Assembly (NCBI RefSeq): GCF_963921235.1
Contig: NC_086104.1
Span: 40,424,001 to 40,488,000 of the forward strand
Reading direction: 5' to 3'
From: Mobula hypostoma
Lineage: Eukaryota
Length of the DNA stretch: 64,000 nucleotides
Shown: piece after piece, positions 13,356 through 26,929 of the stretch
How the letters are laid out: the number at the start of each line of letters is the position of its first letter
Position numbering within the stretch: the stretch's first letter is position 1
Program-made: the position numbers and the translations under genes
The notes under the pieces: generated by a model
What the model was told of the DNA's origin: nothing
The model's database searches: none
The model's input: the letters and a program-made list of their open reading frames with translations, nothing else

Positions 13356-15309
13356 ACATAATTTGGGAAATAAAAACAACTTTTCCGAATTAAAGAACAA
13401 CACAATGTTCTGTCTACTGTGTATCATTAAAATAAAACAAGTTACATTAACCTCAAGTCAAAGATTCACTTCACAACCAATGTGAGCAAAAATCATGATG
13501 GAGAAAAACTCAAGGGAAAATACTTCCTTGAAACATCAGTTAACTAAGATTTCATGTGTGATATAAAAAAAGTTCCCTTTGTTGAAATATTTGTTCATTT
13601 CATTCAGCCACAGATTTTAGTTATCTTGTTACATGTGACCTTGGGTTGCTGCTTCAACAACAAAAACAAGCAAACAGGAAATTCAATGGTGACTTAGAAC
13701 CAAGAAGTTTGTCTTCATAAAGAGACCTACATGGAACGTAAAACTCATGCCCCTCACTCCTATTACACAGGAATTCCATGCATTGAAAATATGAATTGCA
13801 CATCTGACTTGAATGTTGGTCAGCCAGATTTTTCTTATGAAAATTTTGTTTTTAAAGCTGCTGATCATCTTTATTGGTGAGATGTCTTTAACTGTCACCT
13901 TGAAGATTGGCATAAGCAAGAGTGATGCCAATTCCTCAGCCACAAGTTAGGTGTGTTGCTACAACAAGCAGTTTAATCTGATGCTGAAACTGCATCCATC
14001 AAATAAATCAGATAAACAATAAGTGAAGGTAGCCCACTAAATAAGTAGACTCTAAAAGACAGCAGTAAGTATGGATGAAGTTCAAACACTAACAGGAAAG
14101 CAAATGTAAACTTAAAGACCTTACATTCACATATGCTGTTCCTTCATAAAGAACAAGAACCAAGATAAAATTTCATCTGCTACACCTTCATCACATTATC
14201 TTAAAGCGTCTGCAATGTATTTATATCTTTCAGAAACATACCTTCACTCAAAAGAAAACTGGATGGCAAAATTAAATTGAAGAACAATAATACCACAGAT
14301 ATAACAATTTGCAATTCAGCTTCTACATTGGTAATATAAAAATTAATTTATAAACTAACTTGAAACAAGAGGAAGCTGACAGTCCAAATACAGACATGCT
14401 ATTTAAGATGTTCAGGCACGTGTTCACATTTTTATACAGGAATTGTGCTACATAGCCAAGACAAATCACACATATTAAGATCAAATCTGAATGGGTGTGA
14501 CTTGCTAAAACTATTGACGGAATTATGACAAAGCAGTCCTTGCCTTTTGTGGTCAGGTGTGTAGACGACAACAGTGGAAATAAGGTTAGAAGAATGCAGC
14601 CATTAATCAGCAAATATCCTCCATATATTGTCATACTTCATGGAATGATTCACTTCCTAAATCACAACAGCAAAAATATTTCACAAAATAGCTCCTATCT
14701 TATGATCTCCCATGCTTGAAGCACTCTTTGGAAGGCATCATGTTATCTCAATCTAAAGAAGAGAAGTGGTGCCATGAATCCTGGCAATCCAATCATGTTG
14801 CAACAAACCCCAAACCTCCCCATGTACAGTAACAGCACAGAACAAATTCGTCAGAAAATTATAAAAGTGTATTCAAGAAAGGTATGCAAATAAGGATGAA
14901 TTAACATTGGAGAGAGGAGGAAAAGAAGAAAAAGATCAAAAGTAGCTAATGTATGCCTGTTTCATAAACATGGGATTAGTACTTTAAAGGGCCAGCCCTC
15001 AAACAGTAGCACAAGGCACAAATATGTGTTCATACTTTGAGCCCATGATCAGCTGGCTGCAACATCCGAAGATAATAACCCACCCTTAAATGGCATAGCA
15101 ATTGTGAACAGAAGAGAAAATATTACCCTCAGTAAATGCATGTGAAGATACTGTCCCCTCATTATTTATGTTTATCTTCGAAATCAGGTAGCATAATAGG
15201 TCAATCAGCTCTAGTCCACTATTGTAATGGAAGAACAGACTTACAATTACACAGTAAATTTCATGTTATAAAGGCATTCTGAAGCATGCACCGTTAGTGG
15301 TGTTATATA

Positions 15310-15575
15310 ACAAACAGGCAAGCAATTTGGGTCTGCTAAGGTTCCCAAAGCAATCTTCTGGTGATGTTTGTTCAATGGCAACCAGGATGTTGTGAGAATC
15401 ATTCCTCTTCTTTAAGTAGCTCCACAGTGTATCCATCTTAATAATCAGATGAAAACTCAATTCACACTGTCAGCAATTATCTCCTCCAGTATTATAGTAT
15501 TTCATCAGTACGACTTCAAAGTGTTAAGCTAAGTTGTGCTCAAATCCTGTAACCTTCTGGCTCGATGCTGAGACT
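15310..15575 (-). mobile_element. Ancient DeuSINE-like relic; similar relics near 20830-21050 and 21690-21800
   Basis: Diverged resemblance to the reverse strand of the Deu-domain SINE body and tail (tcccaaagc..., ggc..aggat..., aaccttctggctc). Recognised by eye only. Confidence 0.4.
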
Positions 15576-15635
15576 TGACACAAATTTTAAATCTTTTCGC
15601 CAATGAACATTATGCAAATTTAAGAGAATACTTAC

Positions 15636-15676
15636 CCTATAACATCTCGCAAATCACGGTCATCGTCATCATCCAT
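15636..15676 (-). CDS. BICRAL: BICRAL first coding exon (exon 15636-15681: 5-nt UTR plus 41-nt CDS)
   Basis: cttttctag|CTGTC ATG GAT GAT GAC GAT GAC CGT GAT TTG CGA GAT GTT ATA GG|gtaagt gives MDDDDDRDLRDVIG (human BICRAL begins MDDDDDSCLLDLIG). Head-to-head position with TBCC favours BICRAL over BICRA. Confidence 0.9.
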
Positions 15677-15997
15677 GACAGCTAGAAAAGGTAAAAAAAA
15701 AACAAATCATGTTTTACATCTCCTACTGCAATTAACAAACATTCTGTCCAGAATTTTGCACATCACTGAAGAGCAAACCAGGTATGAATCCTGTTAGTAG
15801 TCTCTCCAACAGAATTAACAAGTTCTTAATAAAATGTCCAGTATCACAGATCGCTGAGTCTTCAACTCAAGGCCTATACTATCAAATAAAACAAGTGAAA
15901 CAGAAGAAAAAATGTTGGATGTTGTACAATTTGTTCATCATGTCATTGTAAGAATGCCAAGATACGTTAGAGGCACCCATACAATAAATAAGACTTA

Positions 15998-16540
15998 AGA
16001 CACAAGAGAGACTGCAGATGTTGGAAATATGGATCAACAAGCAGGACTGTCACTGATCAAAATGGCTGATCAATTACACAAGGATATTGGCAACACACAC
16101 AAAATGCTGGAGGAACACAGCATCTATGCAGGAAAATGAACACGCAACACTTCGGGCCAAACCCCTTTATCAGGACCCAGAAAGGGGAGCAGAAGCCAGA
16201 ATAAAAGGGTAGGGGAGGGGTTGAGGAGCATGAGCTGGCAGGTGAATGGTGAATCTAGGTGAGGGAGGAAAGCAGGAGGATGGAGGAGAAGGAGAAATGG
16301 GAATAATGTGAGAAGCTGAAAGGTAATAGGTAGAAAAGGCAATGAGTTGTAGAAGAAGGAATGTGAAAGAAGAGTACAGTAGAGCATGGAACAAAGGGAA
16401 GGTAGTGGGAACCAGAGGGATGAAGAATGAAAATGATGGCCAGATTATGAGGGTGGGGAAGAGTTAAGAGAAGGGCTAACTGGGCCACAGGGATAAAGGA
16501 AAATAGGGAGGGGAAGAGGGAGAGATAAAAGGGAGAAAAA
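15998..16540 (-). mobile_element. Penelope-like element terminal/UTR fragment
   Basis: caacacacacaaaatgctggaggaac...gcatctatg, hammerhead remnant at 16141-16177, purine-rich UTR. Confidence 0.75.
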
Positions 16541-17514
16541 ATACTATCATACTTTAAAATCTGCTAATCTAAAATAAAAAGCAATTTCCAAAATCAAACC
16601 ATAAATTCAGCACTATTTCTCAGTGTAACAAATTCAAGATCAAAAAAGTTCTTAATTCCAAGCATCTCTAAAATGTGGATCAAAACCTAACATCCTTTAC
16701 ACTATGGTCCAAATCTGAAAGTAGTAACAGTCGTAATTTTCATCCTTCATAGCTAATACCTAGAGTTAAATTTCTGAGAAGTTGATGCAATATTGCTTTT
16801 CTATTTGGATTCTTTGATATAAAGTTGACATGTTATTATTACGAAATCCAAAAGTAATCATTGGTTTCACATATCTACTCCAAACTCCAGTTAAATCCAC
16901 TCCACCATCAGAAGCAAGGGAGCAGTAAAAGAGAAAAGGGTTTAAGATGACAGCTTGGAGTAGATGAATAAGCCAAGTGTTATCTTTGCATTTCATATTA
17001 AGGGCAATCACTAACATGTTATTTTCTCCTGCTATTTTCTTTTCATTCCTCAGCTCCAAATACGAAGTTTCCAACACCATCACCTCCCTTCACCTAACTG
17101 TTCAGCTGCATTCTTCACTAACTTATTTCCTATTGCCTTAAAATAGATTTTGAGCCTGTACACTAAGACTGATTTATGTTGCTTCCAGGACCCTATTCCC
17201 ACTAAACTGATAATCATCTAATCTTCTTCTAGACCCCATCATAGTGGATAGTTCAAACAGTTCTCTCTTCTTGGGTACTGTCCACTTCCTTTTGAATCTG
17301 TCAGAACTCAATTTCTACTCCACAGTTATGCTTTTCCCTCCCAAATAATGTCCATGTTTCCTGAACAGTAATTCCTCCACTTAGAGTGAAACCTTAGTAA
17401 AGAGTTATAATGGCTTCACTGCACTCTTTAATGTCACCACATTTGATTGTAAGAAAGCCACTTCACCTCTTCTTACTTCGGAATTCTACAAAGAATAACC
17501 ACAAGGCTTTGCAT

Positions 17515-17632
17515 CGTGACCTGATGCAAGGTGTTGGCCCAAAATGTTGACAATTCATATTTTCCTACATATGTTGTTCTACCTACTGAATTCCTCAAGC
17601 AAATTGTTACTCCATTTTCTATCGTCTGCAGT
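17515..17632 (+). mobile_element. Penelope-like terminal fragment
   Basis: ctgatgcaaggtgttggcccaaaatgttgac...ctactgaattcctcaagca...atcgtctgcagtc. Confidence 0.55.
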
Positions 17633-18559
17633 CCCCTGTCTATCTACTATCATCTACCTGGAAATGATCACACTCATCTGGATTCATTCTCATCTATCCA
17701 GATTCAGTTTGGCTATGCAACTGCAGAGGTTTCTCTTTCTCCCTTTGCAACATTATGTCTGGTGTCTCCTGTCATTCTAATCTTGGTCTCTTCCTATATC
17801 CCAGTGTCTGCATGTCTTCTTTCATAACCAACTCTTTAGTCCACTGCACTGCCTGTATTACTAAACTACCCTGTTTGATATCTAGTATGGATAAGTGAAA
17901 ACTTTCTTCAACTACATATGAGAAAGATCAAAGCCGTTGACTGCAGTCCCAGTCACAAACTCTAGCCACTGACTCAACTCCTTTTCCTGTTAACAATCTG
18001 AAAATCAACCAAATCATTCGCAACTTTGATCTCACTCATCTGTTGATGAAACCCTCATCCACATCTTTGCTAATTCTAAACTTGGCAAAATAGAAAATAA
18101 TGCAGAAAAATATGTGGTCAGACATGTGAGAAATGTGTGCTGAGTAGCAGTGAAATGTGGGTGAAACACACAGGGCCTTCTGGATTAACATCTTTTTTTT
18201 ACTTTGGATAACAAACTTTCTTCCTGTTAATATAAGAACCATTTCTGAACACATCTCTGCTGGATATGTTCCAGTATTCACAACCAAAGTAGCTTAATCT
18301 CATCTCACCAGTGCAAGGTCATTCCTTTATAATGAACACAGGCCTGCCTTAGTTTCACCCACAGACCTTCAAACACAAAATTCAACCTCACTCTCTGCCT
18401 CCTACTAACAATCCAATTTTGGACTCAATTTGCCAACTTGCCTTGGACACCATACGATCGAACCTTTAAAGCCAATTTTGAATGTGAAAACTTGTTAAAA
18501 ACCTTAATGAAGTCTATACAGACTACAACACCACCCTCCAATATATTTTGTTACCTCAT

Positions 18560-19350
18560 TGAGTCACACTATATGGCACAGGAATAGGCTCTTTAGCCCA
18601 ACTCATCCATGCCGAATGAGGTGCCTACCTACGGTAGTCCCATTTGGTCCATATCCCTGTAAACCTTTCCTATCCCCATATTACCCAAATGCCTTTTAAA
18701 CACTGTAATTCTATCTGCATCCACCAATTCCTCCAAAAGGTCATTCCATCTACCAACCTCCCTCAGTTTGAAAACTTCCCCTCAGAACCGCTTTAAATCT
18801 ATTGTCTCTAGTTTTAGACTCTCCTATCCTGGGAAAGAAAGTACTATGACTATCTCTCCTATTTATGCCCCTCAAGATTTTATAAATTCCCAAAAGGTCA
18901 CCATCAGCATTCTTTGCTCCAATGAAAACAGTCCAGCATATCCAGTCCCTCCTTCTAACTCAAGCCCTCTAATATCAGTGACATTCTTGTGAATTTTTCT
19001 CCACCTCTCTAGCTTAGTCACATCCATCAACAGTGTGTAGCCAGTTCTGCACACAATATTCCAAGTGAGATCTCATCAACATCTTGAACAGCTGTAGTAT
19101 GACATTCCAGATCCTGTTCTCAGTGCTCCCGGCCAATGAATGTCATATACCTTCATTTTCCTGTCCACCTGTGTGGTCAATTTCAGGGAATTAGGTGCTT
19201 GTATCCCTAGGACCCCCTGTTTAACAACACTCCATTGGATCCTGACATTCACTGTCGATGCCATACCCTGGTTCAACTTCCTTAAAATGCATCACTTGGC
19301 ACTTGTCTAGTTGAATTCCAACTCCTATTCCTGTGGCCACTTTCCCAATT
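18560..19350 (-). mobile_element. Degenerate CR1 3' portion
   Basis: Minus-strand YAGLFSLEQRML and CR1 3' UTR (aggctctttagcccaactcatccatgccg). Confidence 0.75.
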
Positions 19351-19714
19351 GACTACCTAACTAAAGCCATGTTGAGAGGTAAATAATTACCAAAAATTGC
19401 AAGAAGAAAACAAGTGAAAGTCAATTTTCTAATGACCAAGAGTGGTACCAAAAAGATAACAACAGATTTATTTGTACTTTTTTGTGTAAGAGTATATCAC
19501 ATTTCCAGCTGCTGGAATATTTCCTTGGTACCAATGACTTTGATTCTTTGAGTTTTTATCACCTTTTCTCTGGCACTCGACTCTTCCATCCACATCCAGA
19601 TTAAAGCTCAACTTTCTGTAACTAAAAAACTTTAATTCATTTAAAAAAGCATATTCGGATATTCCAGTGATTTTATCTAGTGAGTAGCTGAAGAGTGCTC
19701 AAGAGCAAGAGAAG

Positions 19715-20330
19715 ATAGAAGCAGGGATAGACCCACTCAGTTCCTCAAGCCTGCTCCCACCATTCAATATGATCATGGCTGATCCATGCTGGCCTCAATT
19801 TCTCTTCCATGTCAGTTCCCCATTAACTTGCAATTCCTTGATCTTTCAAATATTTATCTATCTTCATTTTAACTATATTTAATGATCTGGTCTCACCTGA
19901 GGTGGCAGAGAATTCCGCAAAGCCATCTACCGTCTGATAAAAATCATTACCTCCCCAACTTTCAATGCTTGACCCTGTACAGTATTGTACAGCTATGCCC
20001 CCTTGTTAACGACTCTCCCTTTCAACATCTACAAGCCTCCTTAGGATTTTATATATCTGAATAATGTCACCTGTCATTCTTCTCCAACTGTAAAGGATGT
20101 AGGCCCAATCTGTCCAGCTTCTCTTGATCAGGCAGCCCCCTCAACCTAGAAATTAGCCTGCTGGATCTCCTTTGAAGTACCTCCAATGGTACCAAATGCT
20201 TTTCTAGTTAAGGGGCTCATAACTGTCCACAGTGCTCCAGGTGTAAACTCAATACCTGTACAACTGCAACAAGACCTCCATATTCTTAAACACTAAACCC
20301 TTTGCCTACTTGTTGGACCTGCTCAATGTG
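19715..20330 (-). mobile_element. Old CR1 3' portion
   Basis: ctcaagcctgctccc..ccattcaatatgatcatggctgatc is the reverse CR1 3' UTR, followed by RT C-terminal remnants. Confidence 0.65.
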
Positions 20331-21237
20331 ACTTAATGTGGCTCACGCACCAGAACACTTCGATCAATCTGAACTTCAATCATTCATCTGCCCACTCTGT
20401 TTTGATAACAATTCACTTTTTGTTTCTATGTTTATTCTCATCTATGTCAGTGTGGTGGTAGACTTGATATCAATAGGTTCTGAAGGGGAAAACTGTACTG
20501 GGGGTTGCTATCTGAAAGAAAAATTAAGGATTTTCTATTCAGATTACTACCTACAAATCTTAAAATCGTACACAAAATACTATTCAGCTGTAATTCCTTC
20601 CTTAAGTTGAAAACTGAAGAGTAAAACTTTAAAATGGATAATAGTTGTATGTATCATCAATAAGCACTTCTGGGCATTGTGCGTAACTTAGTATTACCAC
20701 AGAGCCTAAACATATGTTGTCTGTCACATTTCACCAGCTTAACGTGCCTTTGGAGATGTGGAACAATATCTAGACTTATAATTATTCTATATTTTACAGT
20801 GATCAATGCATAAAACAAAAATAAATGGCTGCATTTATATTGTGCCTTTCATCTCAGAATGTTCCCTGCAAGAGTTGTCATGCAAGATAGAATGGGATAA
20901 ATATTGACCAGTATACCCGATGACATTCCAAGTTTTTCTTTGAAACCTGGAAACATAGGATCTTACACAACCAAATGGAAACCTCAGGGAATCTCAGTTT
21001 AATGTTTCATAAAGTAGGACTTGACCTCACTATTTTCTGATTCAAAGGTTAAGCCACCATAGAAAAATAATTATACATAGTAACATTCACAAAAAAGTAT
21101 CTTTGTTACTATTAATACCACTAAAATGTGCATTATTATTTACAGAAAAATTAAAGCAGAATGTTTGGCCAGTATTTTTGAGTGTTCCATTGCACATAAT
21201 GTTTAAATCAAACACGAAAGAATATGCTCCACCTCAC

Positions 21238-21306
21238 CAAGAAAATTTTGTGCTTTTTTTTCCACCCTTGAACACTGCAAGATGAACAATATCATTTACA
21301 TCTCAT
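21238..21306 (-). other. BICRAL: Candidate BICRAL 5' UTR exon
   Basis: Good donor TTG|gtgagg at 21237-21232 and possible acceptor ttgcag at 21307-21312 with a weak pyrimidine tract. Lies between the promoter and the first coding exon. Confidence 0.3.
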
Positions 21307-22539
21307 CTGCAACTTCATCAATCATAATGACACATTACCATGCTACTGGACAAACTGTCCTGTCTAAGCAAGCTTCTCTCATCCATATAGTGGACACAAA
21401 AATTGCTTATTGGTATGCTAATTAGACTAATGAGACTAATTAAACTTTTTATTTTTGGTATAATTTTCTATTTAAGGCAAACACATTTATCCTACTTTTA
21501 AAACTTCACAATACTGTGCAGATTTGCCCCTTATGCTATTGGGGTTCCATGATGCTCAAATGTTTCAATTTCCCTTTCTATATATTAAATCATTTTGGTA
21601 CCTACTTGCATACTTCCACCTTACATATTAAGAGAATGCAAATTGTAGATGCAGATCCATAAAAAGATTGTAAAGACCTGGCAATTAAATACATGCCTTT
21701 CACATTTCAGGATATCTCAAAATGCTTTACAGTAATGGAGCACTTTTGAAGTAGTACTGTCTTCATGAACCTTATAATCTATGTGCTTCATGTATTATAA
21801 TAATCTGTTCAGAAGTGTTTCCTTTAAACATTCAATGTAAAATAAATTCAGCTGCCCATGAAGCAGCAATAGAAAATGGACATAGGGCCAAAACTGCAGT
21901 TTTTGGCCCAAATGACAAACCATACAGTTCATTGCTACATTATATACTGAACTGAGTATTTACCAATTACATAAATAATGTTTAAAACAAAAGTTATCTT
22001 TTCCCAAAAAAAAACACGTGGTATTAAAAAAAAGGTTTTTGCATAATCCTTCTGTGGTTCAAGCAAGTTTTAAACATTTGTACTGTGAAAAACATGCACT
22101 TTTTGTGGATGTTTTAATAAAGGGTGCTAATACCTTTAAAGCTCTTCTAGGATTTTCTATCAAAGTAAATTCATACGTAAGTTAAACGCTGCTTAAAAAA
22201 AAGTTGCAATTATGTTTCAGAAACCCTAAAACTTAAACTCTTTGAAATAGTCAGCTATATTACAATGAGCAATATTAAAACAATGAAAATTTAAGAAAAT
22301 TCAAAATTTTGTAACTTTAAGGAACTGCGCCATATTAAACTTTACTAAAAAACTGAGTAGTTTAAAGTACCGAATAAAAACACACACAAGTGCATATATT
22401 TTTATTATTCAGTGCAAAACAATCTAAGTTGCCATTAAAAACATATCGTGCTACAGATCAACAGACAGCCAACAAGCCCCATAACAACTTTACAAACAGT
22501 TTATGATTCTATGTGGTAAAATGTTTGGAAAAAACGCTG

Positions 22540-25220
22540 AGCTTCTCAAGCAGTGAAAATGGCGTCGCTTCAGCAAATTTGAAGTGCGCAACTGCTTTTG
22601 GCACGGCGCCAGTTTGTTCATCCCCACTACTTGAGTTTTGGATTAACATCGTAGCTTAATGAAAAATTCTGTTCTGTGCATTGCCGACGTGGTCAGAGTA
22701 AAGTATGGTAGTTTGTTACAGTACTCTATAGATTTTTAAACGGAAGCAAAAGGCCATAAAGGAAAGCACCCCGTTTCGCTGGGAGTAGAGCCGTCAAAAG
22801 TAACGAAATAGCTACAACAGCCCAGCTGTTTTTTTTAAGACGGTTTAAAGGTAAAAGAGAGAGCAGTTCCAGTTCTTTGAAAAAAAGATGGGTTGAAACC
22901 CAACTTCAAATCCCGCCCACTGCGAGATACAGTGGTTAAAACATATTCCACAAACTGAGTATCAGATAGTATTTTCTTTCCTGGTCTTGACAACTATACT
23001 TGGCGTCGTAAAGGGAGGGGGGGAAGAAAGAAAATAGTTTTCTCATTGAAATCAAGATGTAATTCCGACGAGGTAGGACGAGCGCGAAGTCAACATAAGT
23101 GAAGGGCCGAATGCAATGAAGGGAGAGAAGCAATGCGCGATTCTTAGCCCAGGCTTTATGTTTTATTTCCAGAGGCCGATACAAGCAGCACGAGGGGGGG
23201 GGGGAATCGCCTTAGAACTGAACAATTTAAAGGTAAAGGGGAATAACTGGTATCGCCATGTTGTACAAAACCAACAACCACCAACAGACACTGAAAAATA
23301 AGCCCTTAAACCAAAACTCAAATGACTCAGGTAGAAATTAATCAGAGACCTTGAGAAAGGGAAGAGGGAATTAAATATCGGAATATAAAAACAAAAGATC
23401 GGCCTCCAAACCCGCCCATCACCATGAACAGGAAGAGTAGACCAAAGGCTTCATTGTTTTTTTTTCCTCGGGGTCGGTTTGGGTTTATTTTATTTTAGCT
23501 GCTCAGGAGGAAGCAACTGCTCGCTAACAGTAGAAATCGGCAGGTGTGCGGGGGTGTTTCTCTTCAGCGGAGCGCTGCAAAATGTGGGAGAAGCCGCCGG
23601 TGAGCGACGAGCCTGGCTCCATCCATCTTAGACGGGCTGCTCCTTCGGTGGAGAAAGACGAGCAATGGTGGTGGGAGGAAAAGGAGGGGGAAAAAATCTA
23701 CTGGGAAAATCTAGAACCGTCGCTTTGAAAAATAACCCCGTGAGGTCCATTTACCAAATGGCGCTTCCAACAACCGCCCGTGACTCCAGATAAAACCGCT
23801 TAGAAAGCAGGAAAAAGAGGGAGGGATTTCAGACGATTATTTCCCTCTCCCTCTCGGGCGTCTATTTTTTTAAACTCATCGTGATCACGGGGGCGGAAAG
23901 TAAAACTATATTTTCGAACGGCTCTTTACAATCAATGACTCATTTAGTTTGGGGAGAGGGTGGAGATGAGGGGCGAAGAGTTTTTTTTTCTAAATTAAAC
24001 AGTGCAGTAGCTTTTCTTTTGGTGGTGGTGGTTACTGTTGTCGTTGATGGGTGATTTGTTTTCCCTCCTCTTTCTGCTGCTGCTTCTAAAGGCGGGGAGG
24101 TGATTTTTCTAAGAAAAAATATTTCCCTTAGACCCTATTTTTTTTCCTTTCCCCCCTCCCCGAAGGAGTTGTTTTTTTTCCTTGAAATTTTTATCGCAAA
24201 ATTATAATACACTGAAGGAACTCACCGTCATGAAGCGTGCCTTGTCAACGGGGTTTCCTCGCCATCAAATCAGGGGCGAGATGACCAAGAACAAAAAAAA
24301 TCCGCTCAACACACACACACACACAAAAATAAGAGCTGTTCAGGGCATTTTCCTGCAAGGAAAATATTTTATCATATCATATAAGTCATATACGTCTTTT
24401 TTTTTAAAGCGACACCTCTTTATTTTTTAATTAAATGCATCTTTTCCACTTTGTTATGTGTTTATTTTTTTAATTTGGAAGGAGAGAGGACATTTGAAAC
24501 TTCTTTGCGCCTTTTTTCCTTCCTTAAAAAAAACTGACAGCTGTCGTTCTGGAAATGCTTTTAATGGTGTGTTTTTTCCCCCTTCTCTCCCTCATTCCTC
24601 TCTCGTTTTTTTTTCGATGAATAATAAAGATGGTGTTCAGGTTTTCCATTCTCTCCACCCACCCTCATCAGTTACGGAAAAAGGTTTATAAATAGAAGTC
24701 TCGGTTACGTTGCTTTTTAATTTACGTTGATCTGTTCTTATGCTAGAAATCTACACGAACAAATTTGGAAACAGATTGAAAGACCTTCAAATATTAATTA
24801 AATTAATTGGGAATGTATTCCGAGGGGGGTGTCACAAAAGACATTTGAAGGATGATTTTAATCAAAGTTAAGTCGTCGCAACTGTGTGTATATTTTAATA
24901 ATTTTGAGTTGTGTACAGTAGCTATCTTCAATGAGAAAAGTAAAATGCCGCCATTCCCCCTCCCTCCTCTCACTGCTCGAAGCACTAAGCATGGCGCCGG
25001 CCGGGGTCCTTGCCCTGAACAAAGGCATCGCGCGGGCGCGGCGCGCACCGAGACCACACACGGCACGCTATTGGTCAGCGCAAGATGCCCCGCCCACAAC
25101 CTCCGCTCATTGGCCGGGTTCTCGCCAAGAATGACAGCTCCGGAAGGGAGGGGTTCTCGGGGTGGTTGCAGTGAGGAACTTCGGAGTTGTTCTATGTTAA
25201 ACTCTGTCTGCGACTGAGTT
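22540..25220 (-). promoter_or_regulatory. BICRAL: CpG-rich, repeat-poor promoter and first-exon region of BICRAL
   Basis: High CpG density relative to flanks; minus-oriented CCAAT boxes (attgg at 25070-25074 and 25109-25113); GC box at 25088-25095; YY1-type AATGGCG motifs at ~22558, ~23757 and ~24948; candidate donors ACG|gtgagt (24226/24225) and TTG|gtaaat (23755/23754). Confidence 0.7.
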
Positions 25221-25974
25221 CGCCCTTTAATGGACTACTTCTTTAGAGGCTTAGCTTTTTATATTGCATCCACTCCTTCAGTAGGGGGAACCTATCTGAG
25301 CTTCACGATCTTTACTCCGCGGTGTTGGAATTCTGCTTCGTTACAGTAGAAGTTGGGGGGAGAAGAAAAGTGTTCAACTTTCTGTAACTCATTGAGATTA
25401 CAACATGGTGTTATTTTTTGTTACAGTGCGGACTGCGAATGGCCTTTGCTTAATTTTGCATCTTGTTATATTAACGGTAGTACTTTGCCATTCCGTAAAA
25501 CGAAATTACACTTTCTAACTAAGATACTGTTGTGAAAAGTCAAAAAACGAGTTTTGGGGATCTCATTCAGTTCAAGATTTTTATTCGTCGTAATTAGATT
25601 AAAAGGGACTGCAAAAGTCTGTGATCTTACTTTACCATTGATATTTTTACATGAATCAAAATAACCACTGGATATCGTATTTAAAGTATGTAATAATTTT
25701 ATTTATATAGCACCTTTCATACATTAAGGTGAAGGCTCAAAGTACTTTACATGGATTGTAAAGATAAATCAATATACTGTAGTCGTAAAAATGGGACAAA
25801 ATAAAAAATCGTAAGTAGAGACAAACATAAAATGTAATCGTATACCATATAATATAAGTAGGCCTTTTTTTAAAAAAAGGTTTTAGAAGTGTTTTGAAAC
25901 TTTCTACAGCGCTAATCTGTTGTAGAGTATTCTGGACTTTTGATACATAAAAGCAGGAGGCCCCATCACTAGTT

Positions 25975-26430
25975 AGAGTCATAGAAAAGTACAGCACAGA
26001 AACAAACGCTTTTGCCTGTCTAGTTCATGCCAAATCATTTAAGCTGCCTACTCCCAGAGACCTACACAAGGACCATAGCCCTCGGTACCCATAGTGTCCA
26101 TGGTACTATGTAATACTTCTCTTAAACGTTGAGATCAAGCTTGCAAGCACCACTTGCTCTGCCAGCTCATTCCACACACTTATCACTCTCAGTTTCCACT
26201 CATATTCCCCTTAAACTTTTCACCTTTCACCCTTAATCCATGACCTCCAGTTGTAGTCTCACAAAACTTCAGTAGAAAGAGCCAGCTTGCATTTAACCAA
26301 TCTATACCACTCATAATTTTGTATCCTCTGTCAAATCTTCCTTCAATCTTCTACATTCCAAGAAATAAAGTCTTAACCTGTTTAATCTTTCCTTATAACT
26401 CAGGTCCTCCAGACCCAGAAACATCCTTGT
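25975..26430 (-). mobile_element. CR1 3' fragment
   Basis: TRMFLGLEDLSYKERLNRLRLYFLECRRLKEDL plus 3' UTR (agagtcatagaaaagtacagcacagaaac). Confidence 0.85.
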
Positions 26431-26560
26431 TTTTGTATGCTTGACTCTTGGAACAATAAGCAAACCAATGTTTGCCGATCTAAGATTACAATTAGGGATG
26501 TAAGAGGATAGACACTCCAAAATATATGAAGGAGCTAGATCATTTACAATGGAATGTAAA
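26430..26560 (-). mobile_element. L2-like LINE C-terminal fragment
   Basis: NDLAPSYILECLSSYIPNCNLRSANIGLLIVPRVK matches the L2 C-terminal GLAPxYL...YxPxRxLRS motif. Confidence 0.7.
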
Positions 26561-26929
26561 AAAATGTATGGCTGCTTAAAGTACCGTGCTGATTCTAAAC
26601 TATTTTCTTCCTGTTGCAAGTGAAAAAGGTACAATAATGGAAGGAATGTCAAGTTCATTATTATCGAATTCTGAAAAAGCACACTCGCTACATTTGCTAA
26701 ATCAAAGACATATATTTGTAACAAACAGGTCTGTAACAAATCAAAGTAATAAAAAGGTGGGAAATAATGACAGGTAACTGCAATGTTAAACAGTTTGCTC
26801 ACTGAATACTGTAAAACAAAACAAGTTTGTATTTAATATTAGGAAAATAAATATTGTAAAGACCTTTCAATTTTTAATATTGACTAAGATCCATAATTTA
26901 TTTAAAAGTCTAACTTTGATACACTATGA

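Noticed and set aside
24803-25217. Overlapping ORFs in the GC-rich promoter
   Set aside because: Stop-poor CpG-island sequence with no recognisable protein motif.
26311-26802. 163-aa minus-strand ORF
   Set aside because: Chance fusion of AT-rich sequence, an L2 fragment and a CR1 fragment.
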